A stretch of DNA of 64,000 bases from Desulfobacterales bacterium (lineage in GTDB: Bacteria; Desulfobacterota; Desulfobacteria; Desulfobacterales; UBA2174). Below, in pieces: positions 57,264-64,000 of this stretch (position 1 is its first letter; each line of letters starts with the position of its first letter). The stretch covers positions 128,001 through 192,000 of the forward strand of contig CAXXWC010000021.1 in assembly GCA_963668645.2 (NCBI GenBank), read 5' to 3'. Both the position numbers and the translations under genes were made by a program. The notes under the pieces are model-generated. The model did not search any database and was not told the DNA's origin. It was given only the letters and a program-made list of their open reading frames with translations.

Positions 57264-60200
57264 ATCGCCCTCCCGATAAAGTATTGCAGGTTATCGCCGC
57301 AACCGGGCATATATGCAATACATTATCAAGAAATGGACGATTTGACAAGAACGAAAAAGAGGATAGCCATCTATCGTAAATGACAATCATTACATGTGTT
57401 TTCTATGAGTTAGACGCAAAGCCGACACCCCGGAAAACGAAAGCACAGGCTCCTTGAGAATCGCAAAATATGATCAAGTATGGCAAAAATAATCGGATAA
57501 CATACTGATTTTACAGAATCCAACCGTTTTGTGGTTCCATAGGCCGGGATCATCTTCAATGATGAGGATAGATTTCTCATTCGGTGACAAGTCCCTTCGG
57601 TCGTCTCGGATAACATCCAATTGCGTTCCCGGACTTTTAGCCACACCACCTGCGGCAGGTGCTTCGACTTTTTTTACGTCTTCATCATCATCTTTTGCGT
57701 CTTCCTTATCATCCATGATGATGAATACTTTTTCAGACTCAGACTCTGGTGGAGCAAATCTTTCGGGAAGATAGAGTGTAAAGGTGCTTCCTTTTCCAGC
57801 ATCACTTTCGACCTGAATTTCCCCGCCGAGGTGCTTGGCGAGTTCCCTTGATATCGAGAGCCCCAACCCGGTGCCGCCAAATTTTCGATTTGTCGAACCA
57901 TCGGCTTGCCGAAAAGCCTCAAATATGAATTGTTGCATCTGCTTCTCGATACCGATTCCAGTGTCCGATACACAAAAGGCGATCGTTTTGTCGGGTGTCA
58001 AGCCGCTGCGGCAAAGGGTTTTATCTTTACTCGGGCGCCCGATCGTCAGCGTCACCCTTCCCTTTTCGGTAAATTTAATGGCGTTGGAAACAAAATTCTT
58101 TACAATCTGCTCCAGTCGTTGAAAATCCGTGTGCATGGTTCGAGGAATATCCGGATGAATGTCGATAGCGAATCGAAGTCCTTTTTCTTCGGCTATTTTT
58201 TCATAAATCCGTTGTACTTTCACGGCCAGCCGTTCCAGTGAAAACTGCGAGATGTTGAATTCCATCTTGCCGGCTTCCACCTTTGAAAGGTCGAGAATTT
58301 CATTGATCAGGTTCAACAGATCCGAGCCCGAGGAATGGATCGTTTGAGCGAACTCTGCTTGTTTTGCAGTAAGATTGCCATTTTTGTTCTCGTTGAGAAG
58401 TTTGGACAGCAGCAGGATGCTGTTGAGAGGTGTTCTCAATTCGTGAGACATGTTGGCCAGGAATTCAGATTTGTATTTGCCGGTGCATTCAAGCTCCCGA
58501 GCTTTTTCCTCCGCCTCTCGTCTTGATACCTCCAACTCTTTGTTCTTTTTTTCAATCTCTTCTGATTTCTCTTCGAGGGTCTGCGCCTGTTCGGTCAATT
58601 CCTCGTTGGCGGCCCGCAGTTCTTCCTGCTGGACTTGCAGCTTCTGTTCGGATTCTTTAAGGGTCCGGGCATACTCTTCCAGTTCTTCGTTGGTTGCCCG
58701 CAACTCTTCTTGCTGAGCGGTGAGTTCTTCGGCTTGTTGCTGGGTCTTTTCAAGCAATTCCGCTTCTTTACGCCGTGATATAATGCCTGAAATCGCTATC
58801 GCAACAGCGTCGCTCGCAAAACGAAGATACTCGATGTCCAGATCCGTAAATTCGCGAAACGCGCCAAGTTCCACAACCCCTTGCACCGTGCCCTTATGGA
58901 CGAGTGGATAGGCGAGAATATTGCACGGTGTCTTGGCGCCCAGACCCGATCGGATGCACATATACCCATCCGGACAATCGGTCATGAGAATATGCTTTTT
59001 TTCCAGGGCGGACTGCCCGACGAGCCCTTCTCCAAGTTCAAACCGATTGCTCAGCCCCTTGCGTTTTTCAAAGGCATATCCTGCCACCATCCTCAACGCA
59101 TCGTCTTGATCGCTCACGAACATGGCGCCCACGCTAATGCCAAGGTGTTCGCAGATAAAGTTGAGCACACTGGATGAAAAGCCGAGGATGTCCTGCTCGG
59201 CTCTCATTTTTTCATTCAACGCGGTCTGGCCGGATTTAAGCCAGTGCTGCAGTTCGAGGTCTTTGGCGGATTTCTGCATTTTCGTAATCAGTCTTCCCAC
59301 GAGCGAAATCGCCAGAAAGCATACAACAGCGGTGATTATCGCAAAGGCCGACATGATCTTTATGAACAATCCCTTGGCCCAGCGCGAAGCGTCTGCCAGG
59401 GTGCTGGAATATTCTTTTTCAATCCCGTGAAATTCGCGATTGAGGTCAAGCAAGCGGTTGCGGATGTCTTCGATCTGGCTGGAGGTTGTGTCATCGGACT
59501 GCACAAGACGGTGAAGCTCTTCACCCAGTCTGACCACCTCGACAACATCTTCATCCGCCTGCTCCCATATTCGAACCGCATGTTTAAGAAATTCAAAATT
59601 CTTAAAATTATTAAACAGCGCTATCATGCCGTCGATGTCTTCAGGCTGGTTGCCTCCCTCTTCGAAGGCCTCAAATACCTTTTTCATATCAGGATTCGGC
59701 TTTTCAAGTTCCAAGCGGGCTTTTCTGTTTCCCAACGGCACCCGTATATTTTCGAGAAATTCATCGTAGTGTTTTGGATCTTTCGTGTGTACATAATGAA
59801 ACAGGCTGATCGCCGCCGCCTGCTGCTTGGTGGAATAGACGGATTCACCGCTGACAAACGCTCTGAGAGAGGATAGGGTATCCATGCCGAATTTTCCCAG
59901 GACCAGCATTCCGCCGATGGAGGCGATCACCACGAAAATAAGGGAGGCGAATCGAATTTTCATTTTCACTTCAGACGATATTTTTTTTGAAAAGAAACTA
60001 TCCATTTTTTCTTGCAACCTTCCGAATGTCGGTGAGAGTGGGAGTGGGAGTGCGTCAGTGGTCTGTTCGATCCCAGACAAACTGTATCATTTCCCACAAC
60101 CGCCCTGCCCCTGGAACCGGATTCATTTTTGAAAACAACTTTGAATAGTGCATGCGTGCTCATCCAAAGCGCCTCGATGGACGATGGTCTTGGTAGTAAA

Positions 60201-60800
60201 AAACCTAGCATAGAACGGATTTTAAGACGATTGGCTGCTTCATGATGTGGAAATATTTTATAATATACCCGAAGTAACGCTGAAAATCCGAATCCTTAAT
60301 TATCAGACAAAGTCGATCTTGTCAGTAAGCCGATTAATTTAACCCAATTCAAGGCTTCTCGCAAACCAAATCCACAACGGGTGCAACGGCTCATGGCGAC
60401 CTGAAATGCCGTCTATCCCCAAGCTTCAGATTTAACGGCTCTTTTTATCTCAATTGAGATTAACACGCACCTGCTTCGCCGATGATACCGCTTCTTTTCG
60501 CTGTCATGCCCTCGGGTACTATCGGAGAAGCATCCGCAGTTTCCCAGCGCCTGTTAGAAGAAACCCCCTAATCAGACCAAGATTCCCTCTCCGTTGAGCC
60601 ACAAGCCAGCCCCTTCTGCCAAGGAATCTGGTGTCACCGGATCTGCAAAGATACCGAAAAGAGACTTCGTACGGTTATCATTAAATTTTACACGAGCCCT
60701 GCCCCGGTCATATCCAGTCTTTACAACCCGGTCAATTTATCATAATTTTCGACTCTATGGCAGTTTAAAAAACATATTTATATTGTTATTTCATATGGTT

Positions 60801-61955
60801 ATGAATATTTTCCAAAATCCGGGCCACAATCCGGCACCAGCGGCCGATGCCGGCAGCACGCCAGCCCCCAAGCTGCCCATCGTCAGCTTCCGCGGCGTGA
60901 CCAAGTGTTTTGCCGGAGAGGCGGCCGTGGACCGGCTCAGCTTCAACATCTACCCGGGTGAATTTCTGACCCTGCTCGGCCCCTCGGGCTGCGGCAAGAC
61001 CACCACCTTGCGCCTCATCGCCGGATTCGACCGCCCCGACGAGGGTGAGATCCGCATCGCCGGCGAACGGGTCAACGAACTGCCGCCCAACCGGCGGGAC
61101 GTCAACACCGTCTTTCAGAACTACGCCCTTTTCCCCCACATGACGGTGGCGCAAAACGTCGGCTTCGGCCTGAAAATGAAAAAGCTGCCGCCGCCGCAGA
61201 TCGCCGAACGGGTCCGGGCGGCTCTGGCCATGGTGCGGCTCGAAGCCCTGGCCGCACGCCGGATCCAGGCCCTTTCCGGCGGCCAACAGCAGCGCGTGGC
61301 CGTGGCCCGGGCCATCGTCAACGAACCGCTGGTCCTGCTGCTCGACGAACCTTTCAGCGCCCTGGACTACAAGCTGCGCAAACAGATGCAGCTCGAACTC
61401 AAACGCCTGCACCGGCGCCTGGGGATTACCTTTCTGTTCGTCACCCACGATCAAGGCGAAGCCATCTCGCTAAGCGACCGGATCATCGTGATGAACGCCG
61501 GGCGCATCGAACAGATCGGCACCCCCAAGCAGATCTACGAGGAGCCGGACAACATGTTCGTGGCCGAGTTCGTCGGCGAGATCAACACGTTGGACGGTCT
61601 GGTAACCAAGACCGGCGGCGACACCCTCACGGCCCGGGTCGAAGGGGCCGCCTTCGAGATGCGCAACCGGCGCGGGTTCCAGCCCGGCCAGCGCGTCAAG
61701 GTCCTGCTGCGGCCCGAGGATCTGTGGATCGAAAGACCGGTGGATGCCGGATCCAAGCCCTGCCTTGCCGGCCGCGTGGAGGATCAGATCTACAAGGGCA
61801 CCACGGTGGACGTCTTTATCCGCCTGGGCTCGGGCACGGTGGTCTGCGCCACCCAGTTTTTCAACGAGGACGCCGAAGACATCTCCTACGCACGCCAGGA
61901 AGAGGTCTGCGTGTCATGGATCCGCGGCTGGGAGGTGGTACTGCCCGATGACTGA
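60801..61955 (+). CDS. potA: Spermidine/putrescine ABC transporter ATPase
   Basis: GPSGCGKTT, VNTVFQNYALFPHM, LSGGQQQR, LLLDEP; FFNED...W..GWEVVL tail. Confidence 0.93.
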   Translation: MNIFQNPGHNPAPAADAGSTPAPKLPIVSFRGVTKCFAGEAAVDRLSFNIYPGEFLTLLGPSGCGKTTTLRLIAGFDRPDEGEIRIAGERVNELPPNRRDVNTVFQNYALFPHMTVAQNVGFGLKMKKLPPPQIAERVRAALAMVRLEALAARRIQALSGGQQQRVAVARAIVNEPLVLLLDEPFSALDYKLRKQMQLELKRLHRRLGITFLFVTHDQGEAISLSDRIIVMNAGRIEQIGTPKQIYEEPDNMFVAEFVGEINTLDGLVTKTGGDTLTARVEGAAFEMRNRRGFQPGQRVKVLLRPEDLWIERPVDAGSKPCLAGRVEDQIYKGTTVDVFIRLGSGTVVCATQFFNEDAEDISYARQEEVCVSWIRGWEVVLPDD

Positions 61956-62805
61956 GCGCAGCACTTTCAAAACCGCGGTGGTCGCCGTGGTCGGCTTCTG
62001 GATCGTAGCCTTCGTGCTGCTGCCCAACCTGATGGTCCTGGTGGCCAGCTTTCTCGAACGCGACGACGTCGGTTTCCTGCGCGCAGCGGCCAGCCTGAAC
62101 GCCTACCGCGGCCTCTTTTCGCCGGAAATCGCCGGCATCTTCGCCCGCTCCCTGGGCTATGCGGCCGGCACCACCGGCATCTGCCTTGTCATCGGCTATC
62201 CCTTTGCGTTCCTGCTGGCCCGCAGCACCCATCGTAAACTCCTGCTGGTGCTGATTATCATCCCTTTCTGGACCAGCAGCCTGGTGCGCACCTACGCCCT
62301 GATCGTCGTGCTCAAGGCCAACGGCCTGGTCAATTCCCTGCTGCTGGCCGCCGGGCTCATCGACCAGCCCCTGCTTTTGCTCTACACCAACGGGGCCGTG
62401 TTCATCGGTCTGGTCTACACCCTGCTGCCCTTCATGATCCTGCCCCTGTACGCCGCCATCGAAAAATTCGATCCGCGCCTGGCCGAAGCCGGCTACGATC
62501 TGGGGGCCACCCGGATCCAGGTACTGCGCCATGTCCTGCTGCCGGTGAGCCTGCCCGGGATCATCGCCGGCTCGATCATGGTCTTTTTGCCGGCCCTGGG
62601 CCTCTTTTACGTGCCGGACCTGCTCGGCGGGGCCAAGTCGATGCTGCTGGGCAACTACATCAAGAACCAGTTTCTCACGGCCCGCAACTGGCCGGCCGGA
62701 GCCTCGGCCAGCATGTTGCTCACCGTGATGATGGGATTTTTGCTGTGGGCCTACTTTGCCAGCCTGCGCCGCTACGGCGATCCGACCGGAGGGCTGGCGC
62801 GATGA
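61948..62805 (+). CDS. potB: Spermidine/putrescine ABC permease
   Basis: IPFWTSSLVRTYA, LPFMILPLY, EAGYDLGA, LLGG.K. Confidence 0.93.
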   Translation: MTERSTFKTAVVAVVGFWIVAFVLLPNLMVLVASFLERDDVGFLRAAASLNAYRGLFSPEIAGIFARSLGYAAGTTGICLVIGYPFAFLLARSTHRKLLLVLIIIPFWTSSLVRTYALIVVLKANGLVNSLLLAAGLIDQPLLLLYTNGAVFIGLVYTLLPFMILPLYAAIEKFDPRLAEAGYDLGATRIQVLRHVLLPVSLPGIIAGSIMVFLPALGLFYVPDLLGGAKSMLLGNYIKNQFLTARNWPAGASASMLLTVMMGFLLWAYFASLRRYGDPTGGLAR

Positions 62806-63572
62806 GACGTACGGCGCAAATCGTCTACCTGGCGGTGATTTACGGTTTTTTGTACCTGCCAATCGCCGTGCTGGTGGTCTACTCGTTCAACAACACCCGC
62901 TATTCGAGCAACTGGCAGGGGTTCACCTTCAAGTGGTACGCCGAGCTGGTTCACGACCGGATGCTGCTCGAAAGTCTGGGCAACTCGCTGCTGGTGGCCC
63001 TGCTTTCGAGTCTGGTGGCCACGGCCATCGGCACCGTGGCCGCGGTGGCCTTCCACCGCTACCGCTTTCCGGGCCGCAAGCTGCTCTACGGTCTGCTCTA
63101 CGTGGTGATGATGAGCCCGGACATCGTGATGGGCATCTCGCTGCTGATGGGCTTTATTCTCATCGGCTTGCAGACCGGCTGCGCCACCCTGGTACTGAGC
63201 CACATCACCTTCTGCCTGCCCTTTGTGGTGGTAACCATCTATGCGCGCATCGCCGATTTTGATCCCAACGTCATCGAAGCCGCCAAGGACCTGGGGGCCG
63301 GTGAATACCAGGCCTTTCGCCACGTGATCCTGCCGATGCTGCTGCCCGCGGTGCTTTCCGGGTGGCTGCTCAGCTTCACCCTGAGCCTGGATGATGTCAT
63401 CGTGAGTTTTTTTGTCACCGGCCCGACCTTCGAAATCCTGCCCCTCAAGATATATTCCATGGTCCGGCTGGGGGTCAAACCCGAGGTCAATGCCCTTTCC
63501 ACCGTCCTTTTGGCCGTCACCCTGGTGTCGGTGTTCGTATCCCACTGGCTGGTAAAGGAGAAAAAAACATGA
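62802..63572 (+). CDS. potC: Spermidine/putrescine ABC permease
   Basis: FLYLPI, PDIVMGISL, EAAKDLGA, FTLSLDD, VKPEVNALST. Confidence 0.93.
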   Translation: MRRTAQIVYLAVIYGFLYLPIAVLVVYSFNNTRYSSNWQGFTFKWYAELVHDRMLLESLGNSLLVALLSSLVATAIGTVAAVAFHRYRFPGRKLLYGLLYVVMMSPDIVMGISLLMGFILIGLQTGCATLVLSHITFCLPFVVVTIYARIADFDPNVIEAAKDLGAGEYQAFRHVILPMLLPAVLSGWLLSFTLSLDDVIVSFFVTGPTFEILPLKIYSMVRLGVKPEVNALSTVLLAVTLVSVFVSHWLVKEKKT

Positions 63573-64000
63573 AACGCGTTCTTATCGTCTTGAGCCTGCT
63601 CTTGCTGCCGGCCTTGGCCACTGCGGCTCCGCCGCAGGTGGTGGTCTTCAACTGGTCCGAGTACATGCCCCAGCAGGTGTTGGCGCTGTTCGAAAAGGAA
63701 ACCGGCATCCAGGTGGTCTATTCCACCTATGAGAGCAACGAGGCGATGTACGCAAAGATCAAGCTGCTGGACGCCAGCGGCTACGACGTGGTCTTTCCAT
63801 CGACTTATTTCGTCAACCGTATGCGCGAGGAAAAGTTGCTTCTGCCGCTGGACAAGAGCCGTCTGCCCAACTTCAAGAACCTCGACCCGACCCTGCTCGA
63901 CAAGCCTTACGATCCGGGCAACGTCTACAGCGTCCCCTACATGTGGGGCACCACGGCCATCGCGGTGGATGCGGCCCGGGTGAACCCGGACACCATCCAC
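63569..64000 (+). CDS. potD: Spermidine/putrescine-binding periplasmic protein (runs off window)
   Basis: Signal peptide; FNWSEYM, FEKETGI.V.YSTYESNEAMYAK, YDVVFPSTY, YSVPYMWG. Confidence 0.92.
   Translation, partial: MKRVLIVLSLLLLPALATAAPPQVVVFNWSEYMPQQVLALFEKETGIQVVYSTYESNEAMYAKIKLLDASGYDVVFPSTYFVNRMREEKLLLPLDKSRLPNFKNLDPTLLDKPYDPGNVYSVPYMWGTTAIAVDAARVNPDTIH

Larger units (their letters stand above)
54799..57542 (-). mobile_element. 2744-bp Mutator/IS256-like IS (copy 2, inverted)
   Basis: Same IRs and ORF translations as copy 1; own 8-bp TSD GCCGGGAT at 54791-54798 and 57543-57550. Confidence 0.92.
53654..60005 (-). pseudogene. Hybrid sensor histidine kinase (periplasmic sensor, GAF, coiled coil, HisKA/HATPase, three receivers) split by an IS
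   Basis: FLANMSHELRTPLN, NAIKFT, DTGIG, GGTGLGL; first receiver ILIIEDDPG|FAKTL split at the TSD. Confidence 0.92.

Noticed and set aside
48905..57542. Composite transposon carrying DGC/cheR
   Set aside because: Each IS has its own TSD and interrupts a gene that continues on the far side, so these are independent insertions

Overview
Bacterial chromosomal window; gene content suggests a Desulfobacterota-like anaerobe (inference). Left to right: 3' part of a class I/II aminotransferase; a complete Tad/Flp pilus operon (1345-13670, +); a convergent minus-strand unit of cobalamin riboswitch -> cNMP-domain/AraC regulator -> two secreted cohesin-like/dockerin proteins; an IS200 tnpA element with an IS3 element inserted between its RBS and ATG; ketopantoate reductase; hicAB; a 2143-aa secreted metalloprotease-like FN3/dockerin protein; an AT-rich island (about 30.5-42.3 kb) with small orphan genes, two attC-like hairpins, a 16-bp motif repeated four times and a type I Zorya system; IS21; several gene fragments; nitroreductase, O-methyltransferase and flavodoxin-like genes; a hybrid kinase-cheR-(cheB relic)-diguanylate cyclase operon hit twice by a 2744-bp Mutator-like IS; and potABCD. 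Best candidate for an undescribed system: a B12-responsive regulon. The same 40-bp AraC-type motif (CGCAA-N16-CGCAA-N8-GAGCA) lies upstream of both the Tad operon and the cohesin/dockerin operon, next to a riboswitch-controlled AraC regulator. All calls are by eye; no searches were run.
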